Below, piece after piece: positions 37,590-46,331 of a stretch of 64,000 nt of DNA (positions are counted from its first letter, which is position 1; each line of letters opens with the position of its first letter). Source of the stretch: Patescibacteria group bacterium. Its GTDB lineage: Bacteria > Patescibacteriota > Patescibacteriia > XYB2-FULL-38-15. The notes under the pieces are model-generated. The model worked only from the letters and a program-made list of their open reading frames with translations, ran no database searches and was not told where the DNA came from. The translations under genes were made by a program, and so were the position numbers. The stretch is from NCBI GenBank assembly GCA_041653675.1, contig JBAZEY010000005.1, positions 10,164 through 74,163 on the forward strand, written 5' to 3'.

Positions 37590-38522
37590 CTAGCGCTTCT
37601 TGCCGCCGCCGTTCGAGCCCTTCTGGCCGCCCTTGTGGCGCTTGCCGGCACCGAAGCGCGTGTTGCCCACGGCCAGGGCGAGTTTCCGGCGACGGTCCCA
37701 ACGCCGCGCTTCCCGCTCGGCGCGGCTGAGCTGCGGCTTCACCTCGGTCGCGACCGCCGGCTTCTTCGGCTCGGGCTGCTTCGGGGGCGAAACGACCTGG
37801 TCCGCGTCCTTCTTGTTCCGCCGCTCGATCTCCATCTGGGCGCCGCGGTAGTCGAAGAGTTGGATGCTCCTCAACGCCCCGGCCTTGATCAGGACGGCGT
37901 ACTGCTCGCGACAGATCCCGGCGACCGCGCGCTTGCCGTCCTTGTCCTTCACGATCGCGTAGCGCGTTACGAACTCGTCGTCGCGGTGGAGTAGGCAGTT
38001 CGGCACGCCGCAAACCACCCTACCCTTCTCGTCCCGGAGCGCCTGGAGCGGCTCGGCCGTGCCGACCACGACCGCCTTCCAGTAGTCCACGGCGGCGGCC
38101 TCGGCGCGGATCGCGGCGTTCCTCACGCCGACGATCCCGTAGAGCGCCCCGATCTTCATCAGGTGGCGGCGCTCTTCGGGCGACATCCGCCCCTCGGCGC
38201 AGGGGTTGCAGATCGGCTCGAAGCCCCAGAGCTTCAGACCGTCCCGCTCGATCTGGACGAGGAGAGCGAGCTTGATCTTGCCGACGGAGTTCCCGTCGGC
38301 GTGCCCGCACTTCGAGCAGACCCGCTTCGGCTTCGGCGCTTCGGTCACGACGATCGGGTCGTCGACCGGCTTCTCCGGCTCGACCGCGACCGGCTCCGCC
38401 ACCTCCGTCGTCATGGACGGCATGGCGGCGAGGACCATCTCTTCGTACTCTTCATCGGTCAGGTTCCCGAGGCCCGCCGACACCGGCACCACGATTCCCA
38501 TCGTCGTCTCCGCCATGTTCAT
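37590..38522 (-). CDS. Hypothetical zinc-finger protein with basic C-terminal tail (GC island 3), 310 aa
   Basis: AAGGAGA RBS 1-2 nt before the ATG (MNMAETTMG...). CSKCGH...CNPC and CGVPNC motifs. C-terminal ...RRWDRRRKLALAVGNTRFGAGKRHKGGQKGSNGGGKKR. ~65-70% GC by eye. Confidence 0.5.
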   Translation of the reverse strand: MNMAETTMGIVVPVSAGLGNLTDEEYEEMVLAAMPSMTTEVAEPVAVEPEKPVDDPIVVTEAPKPKRVCSKCGHADGNSVGKIKLALLVQIERDGLKLWGFEPICNPCAEGRMSPEERRHLMKIGALYGIVGVRNAAIRAEAAAVDYWKAVVVGTAEPLQALRDEKGRVVCGVPNCLLHRDDEFVTRYAIVKDKDGKRAVAGICREQYAVLIKAGALRSIQLFDYRGAQMEIERRNKKDADQVVSPPKQPEPKKPAVATEVKPQLSRAEREARRWDRRRKLALAVGNTRFGAGKRHKGGQKGSNGGGKKR

Positions 38523-38547
38523 TCTCCTTATTCTCTTGGCAGTTACG

Positions 38548-38572
38548 AAAAATCAGACCGGAAACCGATCTG
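38548..38572 (-). terminator. Attenuator-like hairpin CAGATCGG-TTT-CCGGTCTG followed by T5, ~25 nt upstream of the island 3 RBS
   Basis: Read directly on the minus strand. An intrinsic-terminator shape placed inside the 5' leader. Confidence 0.4.
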
Positions 38573-38853
38573 ACCTTGGCTTCCCGAAACTGTCGGGATG
38601 TGCCAGAGGAATTTGGAGGCGAGTTGGCCTGTTCTGATAGCACAGAACTGGCCGGTGGCATTTTGGTCAATTTACTTTTAGTAATCCAAGGCGGACAACC
38701 GAAAGTTAATTGAACCTCATGCCGGATCCCGCGGTCACCAATTAATGGTCCGCGAAGATTTTCCTCCTCCAAGTTTCTCTGGCACTATTTTGTAAGGAAC
38801 TAGCACGACAAGCACTTTTTTTAATCTTTAAGCCTATTTCAGCTTAACAAATA

Positions 38854-38882
38854 AGTATAACATATATTCCGTATTTTGTCAA
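38854..38882 (-). promoter_or_regulatory. Promoter TTGACA-N17-TATACT with TG extension, driving the island 3 gene through a ~320-nt leader
   Basis: The minus strand reads CCCCTTGACAaaatacggaatatatgtTATACTtatttg. Confidence 0.45.
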
Positions 38883-38956
38883 GGGGTTTTGACACTATTT
38901 CTTAAATAATTCAATATTTTGCTTTATTTTAGCCAAAATAAATTGTCATAAATAAA

Positions 38957-38986
38957 CAAAAAATCACCACTTTAAGGTGATTTTTC
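38957..38986. terminator. Bidirectional terminator ATCACC-ACTTTA-GGTGAT flanked by A6 and T5 (lepA terminator)
   Basis: Read directly, 20 nt downstream of the lepA stop. Confidence 0.6.
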
Positions 38987-39005
38987 CTGTTTATCTATTT
39001 ATTCT

Positions 39006-40790
39006 CTATTTCTTCAAAACTGCTAAAAATGCCGCTGGAGGAATATCAACTTTGCCCAAAGCCTTCATTTTTTTCTTGCCTTTTTTCTGTTTTTCCAAAA
39101 GTTTATTTTTTCTAGTCACGTCTCCCCCGTAAAGTTTGGCTGTCACATCTTTTTTCATGGCCGGCAGGTGTTCTGAAGCAATAATTTTTCCGCCGAGCGC
39201 CGCCTGAATTTTAACTTCAAACATTTGCCGCGGTAAAACTTTTTTTAATGACGAAACAATCCTCCGCCCGACATCCTGCGCCGTGTCGCGATAAACAATT
39301 GTGGCCAAGGCTTCAACCGGCTCGCTCGCGACCAAAATATCCATCTTCAAAACATCGGCTTCCCTATATCCAAAAAATTCATAGTTCAACGAAGCATAAC
39401 CAGAACTCACACTTTTTAACTTATCATAAAAATCCACAAGAATCGCCGAGAGCGGAATTTCATAATGTAAAATTACGCGGTCAGCGTCGAGATATTCCGT
39501 ATTAAAATATATTCCTCTTTTTTCCTGAACCATCTGCATAATACCGCCGATGTAGTTACTCGGAGATACTACATCAATTTTAATCCATGGTTCTTCAATC
39601 ATTTTTATGCGCGAGAGATCTGGCAATTCCGACGGACTTTTAATAATCGCTACTTCATTTTTTTGATTTGTAATCCGGTAAGCCACGGAAGGAACCGTGA
39701 CAATAACATCGAGATTGTGTTCCCGCCGCAATCGTTCTTCTACAATTTCAAGATGGAGTAATCCCAAAAGCCCGCAACGAAAACCAAACCCGAGCGCCTT
39801 GGATTGCTCTGTTTCAAAAGTGAGCGAGGCGTCGTTTAATTTTAATTTTAAAATCGCATCGCGGAGTTTTGGAAAATCGTCCCCCTCTTTGCAAAAAATT
39901 CCCGCAAAAACCATTGGCTTAACTTCTTTATATCCAGGCAAGCTTCGCACCATAGATTCTGAATTCTTGCTTGTTACCGTATCGCCAACGCGGCATTTTT
40001 CAATTTCCTTAAGACCGGTAACAATATAACCAATTTCTCCAGCCAGTAATTTTTCCGCCGTCTGAAATTTTGGTTTAAAATATCCAACCTCCAGAACTTC
40101 GCTTTCAGTTTTTGTCGCCATCAAGAACATTTTATCACCGCGACGCACTTCACCGTCAACAACTCTAACGTAAGCCACCACCCCTTTATAATCATCGTAT
40201 TTGGAATCAAAAATAAGAGCGCGAAGAGGTTCGTCTATTTTTCCGCGCGGCGAAGGGACTTTTTCTACTACCGCTTCCAAAATTTCCGGCACGCCGACAC
40301 CGGTTTTCCCTGAGGCAAGAATTACTTCTTCTTTTTTGCAACCAACAAGAGCTACAATTTCCTGAACCGTTTTTTCCACTTCCGCATTTTTTAAATCAAC
40401 TTTATTAACAACTGGAATAATCGTAAGATTTTGTTCTAATGCTAAATATAAATTTCCTAAAGTTTGCGCCTGGACTCCCTGAGTCGCGTCGACCAAAAGA
40501 AGCGCGCCTTCAACGGCGGCGAGCGACCGCGAAACTTCATAATTAAAATCAACGTGGCCGGGAGTATCAATTAAATTCAAAATAAAATCTTTATAATTCA
40601 TTCTGACCGGCTGTAATTTTATCGTAATCCCCCGCTCCCGTTCCAAATCCATCATATCAAGCAGTTGATCTTTCATTTCTCTTTTTGAAACCGTTCCGGT
40701 AAATTCCAAAAGCCTATCGGCGAGCGTCGACTTTCCGTGGTCAATGTGAGCGATGATACAAAAATTTCTGATTTTATTTTGAATTTCCAT
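39006..40790 (-). CDS. lepA: Elongation factor 4
   Basis: MEIQNKIRNFCIIAHIDHGKSTLADRLLEFTG... GTPase plus LepA C-terminal domain. 594 aa. Confidence 0.9.
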   Translation of the reverse strand: MEIQNKIRNFCIIAHIDHGKSTLADRLLEFTGTVSKREMKDQLLDMMDLERERGITIKLQPVRMNYKDFILNLIDTPGHVDFNYEVSRSLAAVEGALLLVDATQGVQAQTLGNLYLALEQNLTIIPVVNKVDLKNAEVEKTVQEIVALVGCKKEEVILASGKTGVGVPEILEAVVEKVPSPRGKIDEPLRALIFDSKYDDYKGVVAYVRVVDGEVRRGDKMFLMATKTESEVLEVGYFKPKFQTAEKLLAGEIGYIVTGLKEIEKCRVGDTVTSKNSESMVRSLPGYKEVKPMVFAGIFCKEGDDFPKLRDAILKLKLNDASLTFETEQSKALGFGFRCGLLGLLHLEIVEERLRREHNLDVIVTVPSVAYRITNQKNEVAIIKSPSELPDLSRIKMIEEPWIKIDVVSPSNYIGGIMQMVQEKRGIYFNTEYLDADRVILHYEIPLSAILVDFYDKLKSVSSGYASLNYEFFGYREADVLKMDILVASEPVEALATIVYRDTAQDVGRRIVSSLKKVLPRQMFEVKIQAALGGKIIASEHLPAMKKDVTAKLYGGDVTRKNKLLEKQKKGKKKMKALGKVDIPPAAFLAVLKK

Positions 40791-40792
40791 AA

Positions 40793-42424
40793 TTATCTCG
40801 GTCCTTCTTCGACATTAATAATCGGCCGTTTTATTTTGAACAATTTATATTTTACGGCGTCCCGCACGGCATTCATCTCGCGCGAGCCAAGCGCCAAAGC
40901 AACAACGGAAAAAATAAAAATCCCGACCGATCCGGCGCCAAGCCCTTGTCCAAACACCCCTAAAAAAGTCTGCATATCAACATAAGGCGCGAGAATTGCT
41001 TTCATTGTCTGAACAGCAAAGGCCATGAGCGATGCCGCCGCGGAAATTTTAAAAGTAGATCTTAGAATATTTCCTTCATCAAGCGGCCCAAATTTTATTC
41101 GAAGCATTATCCAAAGCAAACAAAAATTCAAAACGGAGGCAAGCGAAAATGCCATTGCAAGGCCCACAACTCCCCACGATTTTACCAAAAAAACCGCGGC
41201 TAAAATATTTACTACTGCCGAAACCAAACCAATAAGAAACGGCGTCTTAGTATCCTGAAGAGCGTAAAAAAATCTAGCCAGAAGCGGAATCAACGCTTGG
41301 GCAAATAAACTCAAAACAAAATAAGCGAGCGTGTCAGCGGTCAAAATTGTGTCTTCCCAATTAAAATAACCTGATCCGAAAACAACACGAACAATCTGGG
41401 CGCGGAGGACCAAAAGCAAAACAGAGGCAGGCACAATAAAAAAAATAATCTGCCGCGTGGTATGAGAAAAACTTTTTACCATTTCTTCTTTTTTCCCGGC
41501 GGCGGAAAATTCTCCCAAAAGAGGAAAAGCGGCCACGGCGAAAGAAATGCCAATGATACCAACTGGAAAATATTGTAAATTATTTGCTAAGCTAAAAATA
41601 GCTAAACTCCCCGGGATCAAAGTTGAGGCAATTATCGTCATCACGACAAGATTAATTTGAGAAACTGCAAGACCAAGCGTTCTTGGGATCATCATTTTCC
41701 CAATCGCTCTGACTTTTTTATTTGCTAAATCAAAAATCCATCGATAGCGGTAACCAAGTTGCCAGGCGGCCGGCGCCTGAATCAACATATGCGCCACGGC
41801 ACCCAAAACCACACCGCCGGCCAACCCATAAATCCCCCACCATTTTGTAAAAAATAAAGCGCCGACGATTATACCGATGTTGTAAAAAATCGGGGCCAGG
41901 GAATAAATAAAAAATCTTTTGAATGATTGAAGAACGCTGCCCAAAATATTAGAAAGTCCCAAAAATATCGGGGAGAGCATCATAATTTGCGTCATCGTGA
42001 CAGTCATAGACATTTTTTCCGGGCCAAACCCTGGCGTAATCAAAGGAACGATCCAGGGAGCAAGAATAATAAATAAGCCACAAAGCACAACTAGCGCTAC
42101 GCCCATAATATTCATTGCGCTATTCACTATTCCCCAGGCTTCTTTCGGTTCTTCTTTTTTTTCTCGGGCTCCACAAAGTGCGGCGGTAAAAATTGGAATG
42201 AAACCGGCGGAAAGCGCTCCCAAAATTAATAAATTAAAAACCAAATCCGGAATCCGGAAAGCGGCATAATAAACATCGAGTATGTCGCCCGCGCCAAACT
42301 CACCGGCCAAAACACGATCTCTAAGTACGCCCAAAAAACGAGACGCCAAAGAAGCTGCTCCCAAAAGAAGAGCAGCTCCGGTAATCGTTTTAGATTCTCC
42401 GTTTAAAATATTCCCGAGTGCCAT
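40793..42424 (-). CDS. murJ: Lipid II flippase MurJ (MviN)
   Basis: ...LASRFLGVLRDRVLAGEFGAGDILDVYYAAFRIPDL... with 14 TM segments. 543 aa. Confidence 0.85.
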   Translation of the reverse strand: MALGNILNGESKTITGAALLLGAASLASRFLGVLRDRVLAGEFGAGDILDVYYAAFRIPDLVFNLLILGALSAGFIPIFTAALCGAREKKEEPKEAWGIVNSAMNIMGVALVVLCGLFIILAPWIVPLITPGFGPEKMSMTVTMTQIMMLSPIFLGLSNILGSVLQSFKRFFIYSLAPIFYNIGIIVGALFFTKWWGIYGLAGGVVLGAVAHMLIQAPAAWQLGYRYRWIFDLANKKVRAIGKMMIPRTLGLAVSQINLVVMTIIASTLIPGSLAIFSLANNLQYFPVGIIGISFAVAAFPLLGEFSAAGKKEEMVKSFSHTTRQIIFFIVPASVLLLVLRAQIVRVVFGSGYFNWEDTILTADTLAYFVLSLFAQALIPLLARFFYALQDTKTPFLIGLVSAVVNILAAVFLVKSWGVVGLAMAFSLASVLNFCLLWIMLRIKFGPLDEGNILRSTFKISAAASLMAFAVQTMKAILAPYVDMQTFLGVFGQGLGAGSVGIFIFSVVALALGSREMNAVRDAVKYKLFKIKRPIINVEEGPR

Positions 42425-42681
42425 TATTTTTCTCCAACCTTCTCCTTTAATTTATTGACCACCTGGCCGAATTTGATAGTAATGCAAACAACCAAAACCG
42501 TCACGATCACTGCGTAAAGAATTTTAGCCACTAACGTCCCCTGCTCACCGAAAATCTTTTTAAATACTTCCAAAATCGCTTCGTTCCAAGCCAGCGCCGC
42601 AATCAATCCTAAACTGGCCGTGGCTAAGCTCGAAATTTTTTCAACGACTTCCAATTTTAAAGATGTCTTTTTGTCTTCCAT
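42424..42681 (-). CDS. Small hydrophobic protein (two predicted TM segments)
   Basis: 85 aa. Start overlaps the murJ stop. Confidence 0.4.
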   Translation of the reverse strand: MEDKKTSLKLEVVEKISSLATASLGLIAALAWNEAILEVFKKIFGEQGTLVAKILYAVIVTVLVVCITIKFGQVVNKLKEKVGEK

Positions 42682-42685
42682 AATT

Positions 42686-43834
42686 TTATCTTAAATTTTT
42701 TAGCTTACGCGCGATCATTAATTCTTCGTTAGTCGGAATGGCTAAAATTTTCGGCTGGGCGGAAATTTTTATATCTTTCATTATCAAGTCTCTGACTGTT
42801 TTGTTTCTCTCGCCAATACCGGCCGTAAAAACTATGGCGTCAACTTTTCCCAAAACTGCGGCATATGCTCCGAGATATTTTTTAATACGATAGACAAAAA
42901 CCTGTAACGCAAGTTTTGCTAATTTCTTTTTTTCCGCGCTGACTTTTTTACCTTTAAATCCCAGAACACTATAACCCGCGGCCGTAAGTACTTCGCGCAT
43001 ATCGGAAAATCCCGAAAGACCGAGCAGACCAGATTTCTTATTTAAAATATTATCAACTTCTTCTGGCTTGATTTTTAATTCCCGAATTAAATAAAGTGGA
43101 ATAGCCGGATCAAGATCTCCTGAACGAGTTGACATCGCGAGCCCTTCAAGCGGCGTAAAACCCATGCTCGTGTCCACTGCCCGACCGCCGCGGATTGCCG
43201 TGATGCTCGCGCCACTCCCCAGGTGACAAGTTATCAAATTTAATTTCGCGAGCGGTTTTTTCAAAATTCTTGCCGCTTCATTCGCCACATATTCGTGTGA
43301 GATTCCGTGAAAACCGTAACGCCGAATTCCGTGTTTTTTATAAAAATCAATCGGAATGGCGTAAGTGTAGGCGTAATCAGGTAGAGTTTTATAAAAACCT
43401 GTATCAAAGACTGCGACATTTTTTGCGCCCGGTAAAAGCTTCTGGCAAGCCCTAATCCCCATTAAATTCGCCGGGTTATGTAACGGCGATAACTTATCAT
43501 ATTTTGCCAATTTTTTCAAGGTTTCCGGCGTGACGAGCGTCGGCTTTGTAAACTCTTCGCCGCCATGGACCACGCGATGTCCGACAAGATAAATTTCAGA
43601 TTTTAGATTTGAGATTTTTGATAATTGATTTAAAACTAATTTAAAAGCTTCCTCGTGATTATGAACCGCGTGATTTATTTTCAATTCCCGTTTTGAAATT
43701 TTAAATTCCAAAAAACTTCCGGCCAAACCGATGCGTTCAACAATCCCGCTTGCCACACTTTTCAAACTTTTCGATTCAAACAATTTAAATTTCAAAGTTG
43801 CGCTGCCGGAATTGATAACTAAAATATATTTCAT
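42686..43834 (-). CDS. ackA: Acetate kinase
   Basis: MKYILVINSGSATLKFKLF...VGHRVVHGG... The track ORF starts 11 codons earlier at 43867; the MKYILVIN start is preferred. Confidence 0.85.
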   Translation of the reverse strand: MKYILVINSGSATLKFKLFESKSLKSVASGIVERIGLAGSFLEFKISKRELKINHAVHNHEEAFKLVLNQLSKISNLKSEIYLVGHRVVHGGEEFTKPTLVTPETLKKLAKYDKLSPLHNPANLMGIRACQKLLPGAKNVAVFDTGFYKTLPDYAYTYAIPIDFYKKHGIRRYGFHGISHEYVANEAARILKKPLAKLNLITCHLGSGASITAIRGGRAVDTSMGFTPLEGLAMSTRSGDLDPAIPLYLIRELKIKPEEVDNILNKKSGLLGLSGFSDMREVLTAAGYSVLGFKGKKVSAEKKKLAKLALQVFVYRIKKYLGAYAAVLGKVDAIVFTAGIGERNKTVRDLIMKDIKISAQPKILAIPTNEELMIARKLKNLR

Positions 43835-43836
43835 AA

Positions 43837-44418
43837 TTATTCCAAAATCAATTCGCCAAAACCGCAAACTTTTCCGCAGCCCGAGGCGTTGGCTTCGTCA
43901 GTATCAATATGAATTGAGGCGTGAAAACTTGGTTTGATGCGAACGACAACATTTTCAAAAATCAATCCCCGCTCGCCCGCGACTTTCACTTTTACCAAAT
44001 CATCGTTTTTAATCCCGAGTTCGTCGGCTTCTTTTTGATTAATATGTAAATGGCGTTTGGCGATAATAATTCCTTCAGCTAAATCAACTTCGCCCGCCGG
44101 ACCGATAATTTTCGCGCCAGCTGAACCAGCTACATCTCCGGAAATCCGAAGCGGCGCGTCAAAGCCGAGCGAGAAAGCATCGGTATAAGCTAACTCAATT
44201 TGCGTCGCCGGTCGAACCGGTCCAACTACTCTTAAATTTTCCAATTTTCTTTTCGGTCCAACGAGTGTTACCGTTTCCTCCGCCGCGAACTCCCCTTCTT
44301 GCGATAAATCTTTTAGTTTTTTCAACTCATATCCCGCGCCAAAAAGTTTTTCCAAATCAGATTGATTTAGATGAATGTGTCGCGCGGAAATTTCTACTTT
44401 TACTTTTATAGTTTTCAT
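43837..44418 (-). CDS. PduL/EutD-type phosphate acyltransferase (phosphotransacetylase)
   Basis: Two PduL repeats with ISARHIHL and IAKRHLHI motifs. 193 aa. Adjacent to ackA. Confidence 0.65.
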   Translation of the reverse strand: MKTIKVKVEISARHIHLNQSDLEKLFGAGYELKKLKDLSQEGEFAAEETVTLVGPKRKLENLRVVGPVRPATQIELAYTDAFSLGFDAPLRISGDVAGSAGAKIIGPAGEVDLAEGIIIAKRHLHINQKEADELGIKNDDLVKVKVAGERGLIFENVVVRIKPSFHASIHIDTDEANASGCGKVCGFGELILE

Positions 44419-44419
44419 A

Positions 44420-45421
44420 TTATTTCCCTATTAATTTTGTGGCCGTTGTCCAAGCTAAAAGCGGCTCTTGGGCTCCGATGCCGGTCAAATTATACGCGCT
44501 GTTTAAGGCGGCGAGTTTCGCGGCTTTCAAAACATTTCCGCAATAGCGAATATAGCCGGCAAGAAAACTTGAACAAAATGCGTCTCCCGCGCCGGTCGTG
44601 TCCACAACTCTTTTGCTTAAAGAAGCTTGATGATAAATTTTTCCGCGAAGATAAATGTACGCGCCTTTCGCGCCGTCAGTAATTACTAAAATTCCCAGAC
44701 AAAATTCCGCCAAAACTCCAAAAAGATTTTTGGGCTGATTTAGCCACGCCGTGCCAGCTTTTTTATATTTTGGCAGAGACATAACAAGTTCAATCGCTTC
44801 ATCTTTATTTACAAAAAATATCGCCGTCTTTGCCATGTATTTTTTTAAACCAAAAAGACCCGTCGCGAGCTGTTTATTTCCTGGATTCCAAGCCAGCCGC
44901 GTTTCTTTTTTCGCAACCACAGAATCCAACACGCTTCGCCATCCTTCACCCGAAAGCGACGCGACATAAAACCAATCCGTTTTAAATTTCAAATCGCGCG
45001 CCGCAAGTCTTAAATTATTATTCGCTCCGCGAAATAAAAATGCCGTATGCTCAACTTCCGGACCAAAAGTTACAATAAAAGAAAAACCTGTCTTTAGAGC
45101 CGGATCAGTTTGAATAAATTTTATGTCAATTTTATTTTTTACTAAATTCGCGATGACCGCCCGACCGTCTTCGTCTTTTCCAACTCGCGCGATTGTTGCG
45201 GTCTTTAAACCTAAACGCGCTAAAGCCACGGCCGCGTTCGCCGCTCCGCCGCCAAAAGTTTGAAATGATTTTTCAATATTAATTTTCGCGCCGTATTCAA
45301 ATCCCAAAAGTTTCTGCCGCAACGGATCTTTCATTTGGGCAACTAATTTTCCTTCTTTAGTATAAAAAGTTATATCCCGCGCCGCTCCGCCAATCGTCAC
45401 GACGTCAAAATTTTTTGCCAT
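44420..45421 (-). CDS. PfkB-family carbohydrate/nucleoside kinase
   Basis: N-terminal VVTIGGAARD and C-terminal VVDTTGAGDAF motifs. 333 aa. Confidence 0.75.
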   Translation of the reverse strand: MAKNFDVVTIGGAARDITFYTKEGKLVAQMKDPLRQKLLGFEYGAKINIEKSFQTFGGGAANAAVALARLGLKTATIARVGKDEDGRAVIANLVKNKIDIKFIQTDPALKTGFSFIVTFGPEVEHTAFLFRGANNNLRLAARDLKFKTDWFYVASLSGEGWRSVLDSVVAKKETRLAWNPGNKQLATGLFGLKKYMAKTAIFFVNKDEAIELVMSLPKYKKAGTAWLNQPKNLFGVLAEFCLGILVITDGAKGAYIYLRGKIYHQASLSKRVVDTTGAGDAFCSSFLAGYIRYCGNVLKAAKLAALNSAYNLTGIGAQEPLLAWTTATKLIGK

Positions 45422-45423
45422 AG

Positions 45424-45720
45424 TTATCTTTTTAATTTCTTTAATTGCGTAATCAATTTGTCTTTTGCCAAATCAATTGCCTCAACAATCGTGTGATCGT
45501 CTTCACTTACGAGAAAACTTTGTTTTGGCAATTTTAAATCAAAAGTAATTTTGTAAGCGCTTTTGCTGGCAAACTTTTCTGCCTTAATCCGGAGCGAGAC
45601 TGAATCTTCCGCCTGCCGGTGAATTAATTTCTCCAATTGCGGAATTTTTGTCTCCACATATTCTTCGCACCATTTCTTTTCATTCGGAGTTAAATTTTTG
45701 AAAAAATAATCAATTTGCAT
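45424..45720 (-). CDS. hpf: Ribosome hibernation promoting factor / RaiA family
   Basis: 98 aa. ...VSLRIKAEKFASKSAYKITFDLKLP... matches the YfiA/HPF fold. Confidence 0.75.
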   Translation of the reverse strand: MQIDYFFKNLTPNEKKWCEEYVETKIPQLEKLIHRQAEDSVSLRIKAEKFASKSAYKITFDLKLPKQSFLVSEDDHTIVEAIDLAKDKLITQLKKLKR

Positions 45721-45746
45721 ATGTAAAAAATTAATGATTAATTGTT

Positions 45747-45762
45747 AAATTATAACATAAAA
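45747..45762 (-). promoter_or_regulatory. Extended -10 (TATGTTATAAT) promoter for hpf
   Basis: The minus strand reads TTTTATGTTATAATTTAAC, ~30 nt upstream of the ATG. Confidence 0.35.
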
Positions 45763-45787
45763 CTAAGAGAAAGCGAAACCGTTTCTA

Positions 45788-45837
45788 TTGACAAGTTACT
45801 AAATATATTCTATTATTAAAAGTCCACAATTTTGTGG
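45788..45837 (+). promoter_or_regulatory. Island 4 cassette 1 promoter TTGACA-N17-TATTAT plus operator-like palindrome CCACAA-tt-TTGTGG (45824-45837)
   Basis: TTGACAagttactaaatatattcTATTATtaaaagtCCACAATTTTGTGG read directly. Followed by AGGAGA RBS and an ATG at 45862. Confidence 0.55.
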
Positions 45838-45861
45838 GATGGGATAGAGGAGAAAGAGTCC

Positions 45862-46194
45862 ATGAAACTCAAGCCGACCGTCTTAGAATTGCAGGTGTTG
45901 GAGCTGACTGAGTACATGAGACTCAAGCCGACCAACATCACCTTGGGCGCGGGTTGCGTGATCGGTTTCTACCGGAACGAACGTTGCATCGTGGTTATGC
46001 CCGAATCGGGCAGCGGAGTTCGGATCGACTGGCCGGGCACAAACGACGACAAGCGGATCGCGCCTCCGTGCATCAAGACGGAGAAGGATTTTCTCGACGT
46101 CGTCAATCTCTTCGCCGCGATGCTCGGTCTCCAGGCCGTCCCCGACAGCTTCGAGCGGCCGTACGGGATCGCCCTTCGCCTCGTCAAGCGGTAG
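45862..46194 (+). CDS. Hypothetical protein (GC island 4, cassette 1), ~110 aa, with duplicated N-terminal MKLKPT/MRLKPT
   Basis: RBS GAGGAGAaagagtccATG. 21-nt repeat ATGAAACTCAAGCCGACC / ATGAGACTCAAGCCGACC in frame 54 nt apart. GC-rich. No domain recognised. Confidence 0.45.
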   Translation: MKLKPTVLELQVLELTEYMRLKPTNITLGAGCVIGFYRNERCIVVMPESGSGVRIDWPGTNDDKRIAPPCIKTEKDFLDVVNLFAAMLGLQAVPDSFERPYGIALRLVKR

Positions 46195-46240
46195 CGGACA
46201 GAACAAGTCGTAAAACGGTTTGCAAACATGCGAACTGACC

Positions 46241-46268
46241 GAGAGCCTTCGACAAGCTCTCTTTTTTA
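46241..46268 (+). terminator. Terminator GAGAGC-CTTCGACAA-GCTCTC followed by T6. Identical copy at 46890-46919.
   Basis: Read directly. Preceded by the shared 15-mer AACAAGTCGTAAAAC. Confidence 0.65.
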
Positions 46269-46281
46269 TTTAAAGCCGATC

Positions 46282-46331
46282 TTGACAATTTGCTAAATAT
46301 CTGATATTATTCAATGTCACAATTTCGTGAC
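46282..46331 (+). promoter_or_regulatory. Island 4 cassette 2 promoter TTGACA-N17-TATTAT plus operator-like palindrome GTCAC-aatttc-GTGAC (46316-46331)
   Basis: TTGACAatttgctaaatatctgaTATTATtcaatGTCACAATTTCGTGAC read directly. Near-identical in layout to 45788-45837. Confidence 0.55.

Noticed and set aside
37417-38637. ORFs 37417-38013(-), 37551-37994(+), 37600-37851(+), 38020-38310(-), 38163-38573(+) and 38206-38637(+) in island 3
   Set aside because: Arg/Pro/Gly-rich translations typical of wrong frames in GC-rich DNA. The 37590-38522 frame has the RBS and a coherent protein-like composition.
38452-38772. TTG-start 106-aa ORF overlapping the island 3 leader and gene start
   Set aside because: Probably not a real protein (low-complexity GC-frame tail). 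Kept only as a possible uORF within the attenuator-like leader.
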